Shown: positions 37,631 through 47,380, counted from the first letter of the stretch. The stretch: 64,000 nt of DNA from Candidatus Nomurabacteria bacterium (GCA_023267435.1 JAHFNH010000001.1:174839-238838); one strand, 5' to 3'. The notes: generated by a model from the letters alone, not told the origin. Program-made: numbers and translations.

Positions 37631-40600
37631 TTTAGTTTTAATGAGTATGGTTGGTTTTTTAGGAGTTAACATTCAGCATGTCGATGCTAAAGTCAAGATT
37701 GGTGCTAAATGTGGTGGATCGACTAGAAGTTCTCAAGATGGAATGCTTGTTCCTAATCGCTGGACACTTTATTCTAATGGAAGTGGTGGATATTACGTAG
37801 CTTGTGGTATTTTACCAGTCCACCGTCCTTGGCCAATAGCCGAAAACATCCAAAGCCCAGTATCAAACACAGTAATTCCTAACACAGCAAATCCTGGAGT
37901 ATCTGCAACAAACCCTATCCAATATATATTTAGAACATATCCGTTATTACCAGGTGATCCTCTTCCTGCCAATGATCCTGCAACTATCGGAAATAATCCT
38001 CCACCAATAGATCCGTATTCAAATGGTACGGAAACTCCTGTAGATGTAAATGCAGATGGCACTGTTGGATCGATTTTTAGTACTATTGCTTCAACTGCTA
38101 AAGTAATTTGGGAGCCAACATCATTGTTTGATAATATGGAATTTTGGAATCAACCTATGATGAGCTCTTTCAGAGCATTTAGACAAAGTACTGGTGGTAA
38201 TACTCCGGCTGAAAAATGGTATCCTGCACAAATAAACACGCTTCCAAATCCTGCTTCACAAATTCCATTAACTCGAGTTAAATTAAGTTGGAAACCCGTG
38301 GCTGGAGCAGACAGTTACCATGTAAAAATCACAGTAGTTAACAATCCATTAAACGTAGATCCAAATACACCAGCAGAGGTGGTTGTACCTGCTACTACTA
38401 GAAATTATGAGTTCGATGGACGAGGCAAGGTTTGGTATAAGTCTGAAGCGGTACCGTTTGTAGCTGGTCAGGAAATTATAGGACCAGATATAATAGAACA
38501 ACCTATAGTTTCAATGGTTCAAGGAAATATAAATACCAGTCATCCAAATGATTACTACACTTATAAATGGCCTACTATTTTGGGAGCTGTGAGTTATAAA
38601 TTGCAATACGCAGTATCATTTGCACCAATTATAGAAGGAACTCCTTTTGCAGATGGTGCTACATTTGTTGAAAATTCAAAAACAGTGATTGGTACTCCCG
38701 GTGGTCTTTATACTGTAACAACACATGTTTTACCTGGTGTTATAAATGAAAACAGTAATGACTCAGATACTGGCTATCATTCATTTGATTTCGCAAATAG
38801 TCCTCTTGCTAGTATTCACCCTACTATTCCTTTTCAAGATATTTATTGGCGTGTTGAAGGTATCGATAATCAGGGTAATGTTATTAAAGAGAATATTAAA
38901 TCAACAAATTACTTCACTCCTCCTGTCGCAAAGAAACCATACGCTCAAGCTTTCCCAACTTGGAACAGTACCGCTGGTGCGACTTCTTATGTAGTCGATA
39001 TGGCTGAAACACCTGATGCCCTTAATCTATTGCCAAAATTAACAAATCAAACATCTGTTGCAGAAAAAACAGGCACAACTACAAGTTCTGGAACTTTTCT
39101 TCTTAGAAGAATAGCTCCTGCTCATTCATATACTACTGGCACATTGAATGCTGGTCTATATGCCAATGACAGCGCTAAAAAATTTGTAGTTGATGAAATA
39201 ATAAAGTCATTAAAAGAAGATAGAATTTCATTTGTTAATATTAATGCAGCAATGGGAATATATGATTTTGAAAATTCTGTAGATGAAGCAGATGCTTTGG
39301 ATAGAGGAGTACCATATGTACCGGTAGATTATCAAGGAAATGACATGGATATAGTGACAAATTTCGACAATAATAGTCCTTCAAATTACTCTGATTATCT
39401 TTCTGCGGAAAATTGGATATATCCGTTAGTCACCGATGAATTAGGTTTGGTTGTCGTACCTCAAACAGCTTCAAATGTTCTTAAATTCACCACTAATGCA
39501 CCTATTAGTATTAAAAAGATTCTGACTGGTAATGCCACAATAAGTGTCAGTCAAATCGTTACTAATTCTAGTCCTACTAACTACAAGATGACGACAACTC
39601 TGACTTTTGGAGGCACAAATGGTTCCTATGCATTCAATATAACCAAGCATGGTAACAACGGTCTGAACTTAGCGGATGAAAATGTAAATCAATATGATCT
39701 GACATATCCGACAATCGGACCTGTATCAGTGGTTCCAAGTTTGGGTGGCAAAGATATCACTGAGTTCGCAAGATTGCTTCCAGGCAAACAATATTTCTAC
39801 CGAGTTACACCTCTAACAGACTCAAGCGCTGAAACCAATGTACCATTTACTTTCGGACTAACATCTCCAGTAATGTCATTAACCACTCCGACTATGACTC
39901 CTGATTCAATGACCATCTCCACTGATGGTGAAACAACTCTTTCTGCATATGATTTACAAGGTACGATCAAATCATTAGATATTAATACTAATCAGAAACT
40001 ATTACTACGAAGACCTCCTGGCAGAGAAGCCATCAATACACCTATCACTTGGACTGTGGTTCCTAGTGCCATAGATTATGTTGTTACACTTAAGGATGCA
40101 AACCATCAAGTGATTCAGACTGTTGCAACAACAGGGTCAACATATACAATAACCGATCCTAATGTGGCTTATTATTCCTTGCAAGCTCGTAATTCTGTGG
40201 GTGCAGGAACAGCAAGTATAGACTATCTTTTGCCAGTTTCCGTAGTTTCCAAAACAGCAACAATAGGAACTGTTTCTGTAAAAACCTATCTTGCCAATCT
40301 CAAGGCTTATATGACATCTCTAAAGGCTACAAGAAAAGCTTATGAAGCTTCTTTCAAAGCTACAAGCGCTGCCAATAAAACACGTCTTACAGCTATTAAA
40401 ACAGCCAATGCAACGGTTTCTAAATCCATTAAAAATGTTAATGCATTGAGTGGTTCTGTTAAGGTTACTCCAACTCCAACCAATCCCAGTAGTCCTTTTA
40501 AATCTGCCCTAAATGTTCCTATTAACAATTTGAAAGTTCAAATAGTTGTGGAGACAGCGCCTGGTGTATATACATCTGTCAGCGTGCCCAGCGCTACTGT

Positions 40601-41327
40601 GATTTCTACTACTCCAGCAGGAATTATAAAATGTCCGGCAGTGGCCGGGGTAGCATATCCTGCGACAGTAGATTGTTCTGAAACAGGATTGGCATTGAAT
40701 TCCAGTGTAAAGTTATCAGCGACTTCCACCATACCGACAATATTAAACACTCACTTCTATCAGTGGACTATGATACCTGGTTCGACTTCAGCCGGAGTAA
40801 ATACTTGTACTTATCCTTCTTCCAGCAATAATATCTTGTGTACAATGACAGGCACCAGAGAGATTCAAGCAGTTTATCAGTGTAACGATGGCTATGGATT
40901 CAACACTAAATCAAATCAATGTGAGAAGTCTGCCGTAGTTCAGACAGCTTGTACTAAGTTTAGCCCTACGATGACAAATTGCGGTCTTGGTTTAAATATC
41001 AGCCGAATAAATAAAAATTCTTTTACTTACAATGTGGCTGTTTCTCCAGCATCGCCTCTAGTGTCTGTGAACACCGCGCCAAGTTCTTCTTCACAATGTG
41101 TTAATAGTGGAACTTCGACTGCGACAAATTGTTATTTGTTCTACAATTCTTCTCCGCAATCAGTGACCTTGACTGCGTCTTCTTCTTCAGGAAGTCTGCC
41201 AGTCGGTTTCAAATGGATAGCGGGAACAGGATTGCCTTGTAACAATTCCACTTCAGCTACTTGTACTGTAAATATCACTAACCTGACTTCACAAGTTGCC
41301 GGAGGCATAACTGCTTCATTTCCTTAA
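37608..41327 (+). CDS. Giant secreted surface protein (1239 aa, S/T/N/P-rich, probably Ig/FN3-like beta domains)
   Basis: Signal peptide MKKYILGSLVLMSMVGFLGV. The LLRRPPGREA motif is shared with the 386..2137 protein. Confidence 0.6.
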   Translation: MKKYILGSLVLMSMVGFLGVNIQHVDAKVKIGAKCGGSTRSSQDGMLVPNRWTLYSNGSGGYYVACGILPVHRPWPIAENIQSPVSNTVIPNTANPGVSATNPIQYIFRTYPLLPGDPLPANDPATIGNNPPPIDPYSNGTETPVDVNADGTVGSIFSTIASTAKVIWEPTSLFDNMEFWNQPMMSSFRAFRQSTGGNTPAEKWYPAQINTLPNPASQIPLTRVKLSWKPVAGADSYHVKITVVNNPLNVDPNTPAEVVVPATTRNYEFDGRGKVWYKSEAVPFVAGQEIIGPDIIEQPIVSMVQGNINTSHPNDYYTYKWPTILGAVSYKLQYAVSFAPIIEGTPFADGATFVENSKTVIGTPGGLYTVTTHVLPGVINENSNDSDTGYHSFDFANSPLASIHPTIPFQDIYWRVEGIDNQGNVIKENIKSTNYFTPPVAKKPYAQAFPTWNSTAGATSYVVDMAETPDALNLLPKLTNQTSVAEKTGTTTSSGTFLLRRIAPAHSYTTGTLNAGLYANDSAKKFVVDEIIKSLKEDRISFVNINAAMGIYDFENSVDEADALDRGVPYVPVDYQGNDMDIVTNFDNNSPSNYSDYLSAENWIYPLVTDELGLVVVPQTASNVLKFTTNAPISIKKILTGNATISVSQIVTNSSPTNYKMTTTLTFGGTNGSYAFNITKHGNNGLNLADENVNQYDLTYPTIGPVSVVPSLGGKDITEFARLLPGKQYFYRVTPLTDSSAETNVPFTFGLTSPVMSLTTPTMTPDSMTISTDGETTLSAYDLQGTIKSLDINTNQKLLLRRPPGREAINTPITWTVVPSAIDYVVTLKDANHQVIQTVATTGSTYTITDPNVAYYSLQARNSVGAGTASIDYLLPVSVVSKTATIGTVSVKTYLANLKAYMTSLKATRKAYEASFKATSAANKTRLTAIKTANATVSKSIKNVNALSGSVKVTPTPTNPSSPFKSALNVPINNLKVQIVVETAPGVYTSVSVPSATVISTTPAGIIKCPAVAGVAYPATVDCSETGLALNSSVKLSATSTIPTILNTHFYQWTMIPGSTSAGVNTCTYPSSSNNILCTMTGTREIQAVYQCNDGYGFNTKSNQCEKSAVVQTACTKFSPTMTNCGLGLNISRINKNSFTYNVAVSPASPLVSVNTAPSSSSQCVNSGTSTATNCYLFYNSSPQSVTLTASSSSGSLPVGFKWIAGTGLPCNNSTSATCTVNITNLTSQVAGGITASFP

Positions 41328-41347
41328 TAATTAAAAGTATTTTTAAC

Positions 41348-41380
41348 AAAAACAGCCTCAGAAATGGGGCTGTTTTTTAA
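41348..41380 (+). terminator. Intrinsic terminator
   Basis: Stem cagcctcag/atggggctg plus a T-run. Confidence 0.65.
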
Positions 41381-41422
41381 TTTGCTTGTTTGTTTCTTGT
41401 ATAGTGTTATAATAGATCCATT

Positions 41423-41482
41423 ATCAGTTTTTAATTATTAGTTTAATTTTGTAAAAAAATATGAAAAAATATATATTAGGTT
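41423..41482 (+). promoter_or_regulatory. Duplicated promoter/leader module, copy 2
   Basis: Near-identical to 37571-37630 through the first 8 codons (MKKYILG). Confidence 0.5.
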
Positions 41483-42153
41483 TGTCAGTTTTGACTTTGT
41501 TGGTTTTTGTTGGTTTTGGTGCTCAAAAGGCTTTTGCAGCTGCAAAGTGTAGCGTTGCTGCCGACTGTCCTGGTGCAACAGATAAGTGTTGGTATGGTTC
41601 ATGCGTAGCTACTATGACTGTAGGAGGAGGGGTTCTTAATAGTATTGATAATGCTTCCGTAGTTGCTAAAGATTCTAACGCTACTAATCTGCAACTCAGA
41701 ACAGCTCTTCAGGCATTAGTTGATGCTAATAAATTTGATATTGCTACTAGATCTGATTATCAAACACCAGTCGCAGGTCAAAAGACAGTAGCAGGAACTC
41801 CAGATGTTACTGCAACTAGTTATGAACTTGCTATTTATGATGTACAAGGTAATTATAAACTTTCAATCCATGATCTTCAAACACCAAAGGTAACTTTAAA
41901 CAATATAAATTACCCTGGTCTTCAGGCTGGAGATAAGTTTGCAACTAGATGGTATGTTAATAATAAGCTAGGAAAAAGTCCAGCTGGTGCTTTGACTGTT
42001 TTAACAGCTGATGCAGTTGCTGGTGGTAAATCAGCTACTTCTGTTGATGCTAAGAACTTTGCTTCTTGTGATGCACAACTCAAGGCTGTTTATCAAGGAT
42101 TTTCATTCCTTAATAGGATAATAAAAGATCCAACCGCTGGTCCTAAGTATTAA
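41461..42153 (+). CDS. Secreted protein sharing a leader with the giant protein
   Basis: Signal peptide MKKYILGLSVLTLLVFVGFGAQKAFA followed by the Cys-rich AAKCSVAADCPGATDKCWYGSC. Confidence 0.55.
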   Translation: MKKYILGLSVLTLLVFVGFGAQKAFAAAKCSVAADCPGATDKCWYGSCVATMTVGGGVLNSIDNASVVAKDSNATNLQLRTALQALVDANKFDIATRSDYQTPVAGQKTVAGTPDVTATSYELAIYDVQGNYKLSIHDLQTPKVTLNNINYPGLQAGDKFATRWYVNNKLGKSPAGALTVLTADAVAGGKSATSVDAKNFASCDAQLKAVYQGFSFLNRIIKDPTAGPKY

Positions 42154-42193
42154 TAACAAAAACTTGTTAATCTTTAACAAGAAATAGTTAATC

Positions 42194-42230
42194 AAAAAAT
42201 CCTCCGCCACTGGCGGAGGATTTTTTGTTG
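42194..42230. terminator. Intrinsic terminator (CCTCCGCCA...TGGCGGAGG family)
   Basis: Stem atcctccgccac/tggcggaggat flanked by A- and T-runs. Confidence 0.7.
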
Positions 42231-42257
42231 GTTGAGAGATTAAAGTTTGACTATTTT

Positions 42258-43313
42258 TTACTCAACTAAATATGTATTTGTGGAAAATATATATTGTTCA
42301 ATAAATATTTTTTTCATTGGCATTATTGAGTACGTTTCATAGAATACTAGTATAGCTTCGCGATAATTTACTTCATCGACACTCCTGTATGAAAGTGGTG
42401 CGCATTTATGTGCAAGTAAAATAGCATTGGCTAAAAGTCTAGCAGTTCTTTTATTTCCATCTTCGAATGGTTGAATATAACTCATTCCAAGTATTATGAG
42501 TAGTGCTTTGGTATAAGGGTTATTTGTATGGTTAACTAATTTATTCAGTTCTTCCAAAGCTTCATGAATTTGGTATTGATTATCAAGTGGCTTGTATACA
42601 GTACCAGTTATTCCAACTGGAGACTTTCTAATTCCAAAATTTACATTAAGTCCGGAAACTATTTTTTTATGAATTTCTTCAACAAGGGGATTTTGGATAT
42701 TTTTAGAAAAATCTCCTTCTCGCTCTAAAATAAACTCGAAAGCTTTTTTATGATTTAATATCATTATAGATTCATTTTTTGAGTGTCCTTTAGCCGGTAT
42801 CCCTTCACGAATTAGACGTTCAGTGTCAAGCAGAGTGTATGTATTTCCTTCTATTTTTGATGATTTCCAGGATAATTCTATAATGAATCTCTCCAATTCT
42901 TTTTTATGGATTCCTTTTGGAGAATTTTTTATGCGTATCCTATATTCTTTTGTTGCATTATCAAGTTCAATTTCTTCTTCTTTTGAGAATAAATTAAAAT
43001 CTATTTTAGAAAATAATTCAAAATTATAAGATTTTGAACCGCTTCTCTTATCTGGATCAATGGCACAATATGTTTTTGCATCAATAGGGGATAAGATTTC
43101 TCCTTGTACGCTTAATTTGTAGATTATAGATCTTCCTTTACCAGTTTTTTCTAAATATCCAAGTTTTAAAAGATTTGATAAATCTCTTTTTATTGTTACA
43201 AGAGAACTTCTTTCCTTTTTTTTAAGGATATTAAAAATACCCGACGAAGAAATTTCTTTTTCTTGCCTTATTATTTCTAGTATGTTTATTTGTCTATTTT
43301 TTAACTCTGTCAT
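42258..43313 (-). CDS. Fic/Doc-family protein with N-terminal wHTH and a degenerate active-site motif (QPFEDGNKRTAR)
   Basis: The Fic core is recognisable. The canonical HPFx[DE]GNGRxxR reads QPFEDGNKRTAR, confirmed on the DNA at 42447-42473 (ttg = Gln on the minus strand). Confidence 0.7.
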   Translation of the reverse strand: MTELKNRQINILEIIRQEKEISSSGIFNILKKKERSSLVTIKRDLSNLLKLGYLEKTGKGRSIIYKLSVQGEILSPIDAKTYCAIDPDKRSGSKSYNFELFSKIDFNLFSKEEEIELDNATKEYRIRIKNSPKGIHKKELERFIIELSWKSSKIEGNTYTLLDTERLIREGIPAKGHSKNESIMILNHKKAFEFILEREGDFSKNIQNPLVEEIHKKIVSGLNVNFGIRKSPVGITGTVYKPLDNQYQIHEALEELNKLVNHTNNPYTKALLIILGMSYIQPFEDGNKRTARLLANAILLAHKCAPLSYRSVDEVNYREAILVFYETYSIMPMKKIFIEQYIFSTNTYLVE

Positions 43314-43424
43314 TATCGTATCATTTTAACCATTTAATCGTATCATTTTGATACGTAAAAGGCAAGTTTTTTAGTGGTTTATTTTAAAGGTTTCTAGTTT
43401 TTTAATTATCTTAATTGATTAAAT

Positions 43425-43453
43425 TTGACTATTTTATTTCATTCTGCTAGTAT
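43425..43453 (+). promoter_or_regulatory. Promoter of the rpsZ-secY operon (TTGACT-17-TGcTAGTAT)
   Basis: Same architecture as the rpsS promoter. The 110-nt leader contains direct repeats AGGGAATA(G/A)G. Confidence 0.45.
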
Positions 43454-43567
43454 CAGAACTAAGGGAATAGGTTTTGATTAATCCATTTTTCTCCTTATTT
43501 TTTCAGGCAACTGAGGGAATAAGAAAAGAAGTGAGATATTGCAAAGCAAACCCGATATTATTTTTAT

Positions 43568-43753
43568 ATGGCAAAAACATCAGTTATAGCAAGAAGTAAA
43601 AAAACACCTAAGTTTTCAACTCGACAGAAGAATCGATGTTTTCGTTGTGGCCGTGGTAACGGTTTCATGAGAGATTTCGGCCTATGTCGTATTTGTTTCA
43701 GAGAATTGGCAAACGAAGGTATGTTGCCAGGTATTAGAAAGTCTTCTTGGTAA
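43568..43753 (+). CDS. rpsZ: 30S ribosomal protein S14, type Z (zinc-binding)
   Basis: 61 aa with CFRCGR...CRICFRE. Confidence 0.9.
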   Translation: MAKTSVIARSKKTPKFSTRQKNRCFRCGRGNGFMRDFGLCRICFRELANEGMLPGIRKSSW

Positions 43754-43766
43754 TTTCAAAAAATAT

Positions 43767-44153
43767 ATGGATTCAATTTCAAACATGATAATAATGCTTA
43801 AAAATGCAAGCCTTGCCGGCAAGGAGTCTGTTTCTTTACCATATTCAAAAATGAAAGCAGCGATAGCAGAATGTTTAAAGAAAGAAGGTTATGTTACTGA
43901 AATTTCAAAGAAAACAAAAAAAGGCCAGCCTTTGCTTGAAGTCGGCTTGGTCTATGTAGACAAGAAGCCAAAAATCACCGAAGTAGAAAGAATTTCCAAA
44001 CAATCCCGCCGAGTATATTTCGGAATGAAAGATATTCATACAGTTCGCAATGGTTCAGGACTTTTAGTTCTTTCCACACCCAAAGGCATTATGTCCGGCA
44101 AGCAAGCTAGAAAAGAACAAGTCGGAGGAGAGGCATTATTTAAAATTTGGTAA
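43767..44153 (+). CDS. rpsH: 30S ribosomal protein S8
   Basis: S8 sequence ending GGEALFKIW. Confidence 0.9.
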   Translation: MDSISNMIIMLKNASLAGKESVSLPYSKMKAAIAECLKKEGYVTEISKKTKKGQPLLEVGLVYVDKKPKITEVERISKQSRRVYFGMKDIHTVRNGSGLLVLSTPKGIMSGKQARKEQVGGEALFKIW

Positions 44154-44162
44154 TTAAAATAT

Positions 44163-44696
44163 ATGAGTAGAATAGGAAAACAAGAAATAGTAATACCAGC
44201 AGGAGTAGAAGTCACAAAGAATGGCGCTATTTTGACAGTGAAAGGTCCAAAAGGAACTTTGACTAAGACTTTCCGAGATGATATCGAAATAAAAATCGCA
44301 GACAAGATGGTTACTTTATCCATAAAGAGAAATGACAAATTTTCAAAATCTCTTTGGGGTACATACGCTTCTCATATCAAAAACATGATTGCCGGAGTAC
44401 AGACACCTTACCAGAAAAAGCTTATCCTAGAAGGAGTCGGATTTAAATCTGAAGTTAAAGGAAAAGAAATTCATTTTGCTTTAGGATTTTCTCATCCAGT
44501 TATCGTCCCTATTCCAGAAGGTCTGACTGTTACAGCTGAAAAAAATAACATTACTGTTACCGGTATCGACAAAGAATTAGTTGGTAGCTTCACAGCAGCT
44601 GTTCGCGCATTAAAGAAACCAGAACCTTACAAGGGTAAAGGTATGCGTTATGAAGGTGAAGTCATCAGAAGAAAACAAGGTAAGAAAACAGCATAG
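44163..44696 (+). CDS. rplF: 50S ribosomal protein L6
   Basis: Begins MSRIGKQEIVIP. Confidence 0.9.
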   Translation: MSRIGKQEIVIPAGVEVTKNGAILTVKGPKGTLTKTFRDDIEIKIADKMVTLSIKRNDKFSKSLWGTYASHIKNMIAGVQTPYQKKLILEGVGFKSEVKGKEIHFALGFSHPVIVPIPEGLTVTAEKNNITVTGIDKELVGSFTAAVRALKKPEPYKGKGMRYEGEVIRRKQGKKTA

Positions 44697-44715
44697 TAAT
44701 AATTAATTTAAATAT

Positions 44716-45057
44716 ATGATTAAGAAAGACGAAAAAAGAACAAGATTAAAAGCAAAAATCCGAGCAAAGATCAACGGTACTTCAGAGCGTCCAAGACTTT
44801 CTGTTTTTCGTTCAAATAAATTTATTTATGCGCAGATTATTGATGATGTTACAGGCAAGACTTTAGCACAGGCTAGCGATATTAAAACAAAGAAAGGTAC
44901 AAAGTCTGAAAGAGCAATGCAGATCGGCAAAGACATAGCCGCAGTCGCTATCGCCAAGAAGATCAGCCAAGTTGTTTTTGATAGAAACGGATTTAAATAC
45001 ACAGGCCGTATCAAATTAGTAGCTGACGAAGCAAGAGCTTCTGGATTGAAATTTTAA
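44716..45057 (+). CDS. rplR: 50S ribosomal protein L18
   Basis: Motif RLSVFRSNKFIYAQIIDD. Confidence 0.9.
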   Translation: MIKKDEKRTRLKAKIRAKINGTSERPRLSVFRSNKFIYAQIIDDVTGKTLAQASDIKTKKGTKSERAMQIGKDIAAVAIAKKISQVVFDRNGFKYTGRIKLVADEARASGLKF

Positions 45058-45065
45058 TAAAATAT

Positions 45066-45617
45066 ATGGAAAAAGGAAACGAAAAAAGAAATACCGGCCG
45101 CCGTCCATCATCTTTTGATAGGCCAAAACCTGAATTTGATCAGAAGATCTTAGACATTCGCCGTGTTACTCGTGTCGTCGCAGGAGGACGCAGATTCTCT
45201 TTCTCTGTTGCACTAGTAGCCGGTGACAGAAAAGGTGCTATCGGCTTAGGTTTAGGAAAAGCTGGAGACACATCTCTCGCGATCAATAAAGCATTGAGAA
45301 ACGCAAAGAAAAATATGGTTAGATTAAATTTGACCAAGACTATGTCTATTCCTTATGAAGTTTCCGCTAAGTTCTCCGCTTCTAGTGTTAAACTTATACC
45401 AAACAAAGGCCGTGGACTTGTAGCAGGATCAATAATGCGTGATATTATTAAATTAGCTGGTATGAAAGATATTACAGGAAAGATTTTATCTGGAACTAAG
45501 AATAAATTAAACAATTCTAAGGCTGTTATGTTGGCATTGTCAAAAATTTCTACTAAATATTCAAAACCAGTTGAGACTGTCGTTGTTGCCGGAAAAGAAG
45601 AAGTTAAGAAAGATTAA
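45066..45617 (+). CDS. rpsE: 30S ribosomal protein S5
   Basis: Motif RVTRVVAGGRRFSFSVALVAGDRKG. Confidence 0.9.
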   Translation: MEKGNEKRNTGRRPSSFDRPKPEFDQKILDIRRVTRVVAGGRRFSFSVALVAGDRKGAIGLGLGKAGDTSLAINKALRNAKKNMVRLNLTKTMSIPYEVSAKFSASSVKLIPNKGRGLVAGSIMRDIIKLAGMKDITGKILSGTKNKLNNSKAVMLALSKISTKYSKPVETVVVAGKEEVKKD

Positions 45618-45634
45618 TTTGATATAATAATTTT

Positions 45635-46105
45635 ATGCAGATACATAATTTAAAAAGACAACACAAAAATAAGAAAGACCGCTTGGTAGGACGCGGAGGC
45701 AAACATGCTAAGACTTCCGGCCGCGGAGGCAAGGGTCAGACAGCTCGTGCCGGAAACAAGCGCCGTCCAGAACTTCGCGATATCATCAAGAAATTGCCGA
45801 AGCATCGCGGATACATGTTTAATTCTTTCCAGATCAAGCCTGTTTGTATTTCTCTCGATAAAATTGCTAAAGCTTACTCAAAAGGCGGAGCAGTGAACCC
45901 AGTTTCCTTATTGGAGTTAAAGGTAATTAAAAAAATGAAAGGTGTTGTTCCAAAGATTAAACTCTTGGGCGGCAAGGAAGATTTCAATGTTAAGATCCAA
46001 GTTTCTAAATGTTTAGTTTCAGATTCTGCTAAAGAAAAAATAACAAAAGCTGGCGGAGAAGTTTCTCCGGTTAAGCCTGAAGAGATTGTGAAAAAAGCCA
46101 AATAA
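45635..46105 (+). CDS. rplO: 50S ribosomal protein L15 (follows S5 directly; no L30 gene)
   Basis: Motif GRGGKHAKTSGRGGKGQTARAG. Confidence 0.9.
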   Translation: MQIHNLKRQHKNKKDRLVGRGGKHAKTSGRGGKGQTARAGNKRRPELRDIIKKLPKHRGYMFNSFQIKPVCISLDKIAKAYSKGGAVNPVSLLELKVIKKMKGVVPKIKLLGGKEDFNVKIQVSKCLVSDSAKEKITKAGGEVSPVKPEEIVKKAK

Positions 46106-46108
46106 TAT

Positions 46109-47380
46109 ATGCAAAATTTTTGGGATAAAATAAAGGTAGTATGGATGGATGCTCTTTTAAGAAAGAGAATCTTGTTCGTACTTTTTGCATTGATAGTTTT
46201 CAGATTGTTGGCCGCTATTCCAATACCTGGTATTGATACAGTAGAGTTAAATAGATTTTTGAGCAATAACCAATTCTTTGGAATCTTGAATATATTCTCC
46301 GGAGGCGGACTCTCCAATCTTTCCATAATCATGCTCGGCGTCGGACCATTCATTACCGGTTCGATCATTATGCAGTTGATGACCATGATGATTCCTTCTT
46401 TAAAGAGACTTTATCAGGAAGAAGGCGAAGCAGGCAGAAAAAGATTTACTCAATATTCCAGATTGTTGACTGTCCCTCTCGCCGCTATTCAAGGATTCAG
46501 TTTGCTTATGATTCTTCAAAATCAACACATTTTGAGCAATTTGAGTGCGTTCTCCCGTATTTCAAATTTGCTTGTAGTTATTGCCGGTTCTGTTCTTCTA
46601 ATGTGGATCGGAGAGCTTATGTCTGAATTCGGTATTGGAAACGGAGTTTCTCTTATCATCTTCGCTGGTATCATCGCAGGTATTCCTACACACATCAGCC
46701 AGTTGATTTTCACTTTTGATGTTTCTCAGATTCCTCTTTATATTCTTTTTGTTGTTTTGGGTACAGCTGTCGTCGCCGGAGTTGTCGTTGTCACAGAAGC
46801 AGAACGACCTATTCCTGTTACTTATGCTAAGCAAGTTCGCGGAGCAAAGGTATACGGCGGGGGGTCAACTTACTTACCGCTTCGCGTGAATCAAGCTGGA
46901 GTTATTCCGATAATCTTCGCTTTGTCTATTTTGCTTTTCCCTCAAATGATCGGTACTTTTCTTTCAACTTCTTCAAATGCAGTACTCCTAAAGATAGGAC
47001 ATGTTCTTGCATCATTCTCACAGACAACATGGTTGTATTCCGTACTCTATTTTATTTTGGTTTTCTTATTCACTTATTTCTACACAGCAGTTACTTTCGA
47101 TCCAGAAGCACTTTCTACTAATCTGCAAAAGAACGGTGCATTTATTCCAGGTATTCGCCCAGGAGCTGCCACCTCTGCTTATATTTCCAAAGTCTTAAAT
47201 CGTATTACAATGTTGGGTGCAGTATTCTTAGGACTCATCGCCGTTCTTCCGCTTGTCATGCGCGCAGCGACTGGTATCACAGCGATAGCATTGGGTGGTA
47301 CAGCTCTTCTTATCGTTGTTTCCGTGGTTCTAGACTTGATCAAGAAAGTAGACGCTCAAATCTCAATGAGAGAATACTAA
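46109..47380 (+). CDS. secY: Preprotein translocase subunit SecY
   Basis: 10-TM SecY with the typical N-terminus. Confidence 0.95.
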   Translation: MQNFWDKIKVVWMDALLRKRILFVLFALIVFRLLAAIPIPGIDTVELNRFLSNNQFFGILNIFSGGGLSNLSIIMLGVGPFITGSIIMQLMTMMIPSLKRLYQEEGEAGRKRFTQYSRLLTVPLAAIQGFSLLMILQNQHILSNLSAFSRISNLLVVIAGSVLLMWIGELMSEFGIGNGVSLIIFAGIIAGIPTHISQLIFTFDVSQIPLYILFVVLGTAVVAGVVVVTEAERPIPVTYAKQVRGAKVYGGGSTYLPLRVNQAGVIPIIFALSILLFPQMIGTFLSTSSNAVLLKIGHVLASFSQTTWLYSVLYFILVFLFTYFYTAVTFDPEALSTNLQKNGAFIPGIRPGAATSAYISKVLNRITMLGAVFLGLIAVLPLVMRAATGITAIALGGTALLIVVSVVLDLIKKVDAQISMREY

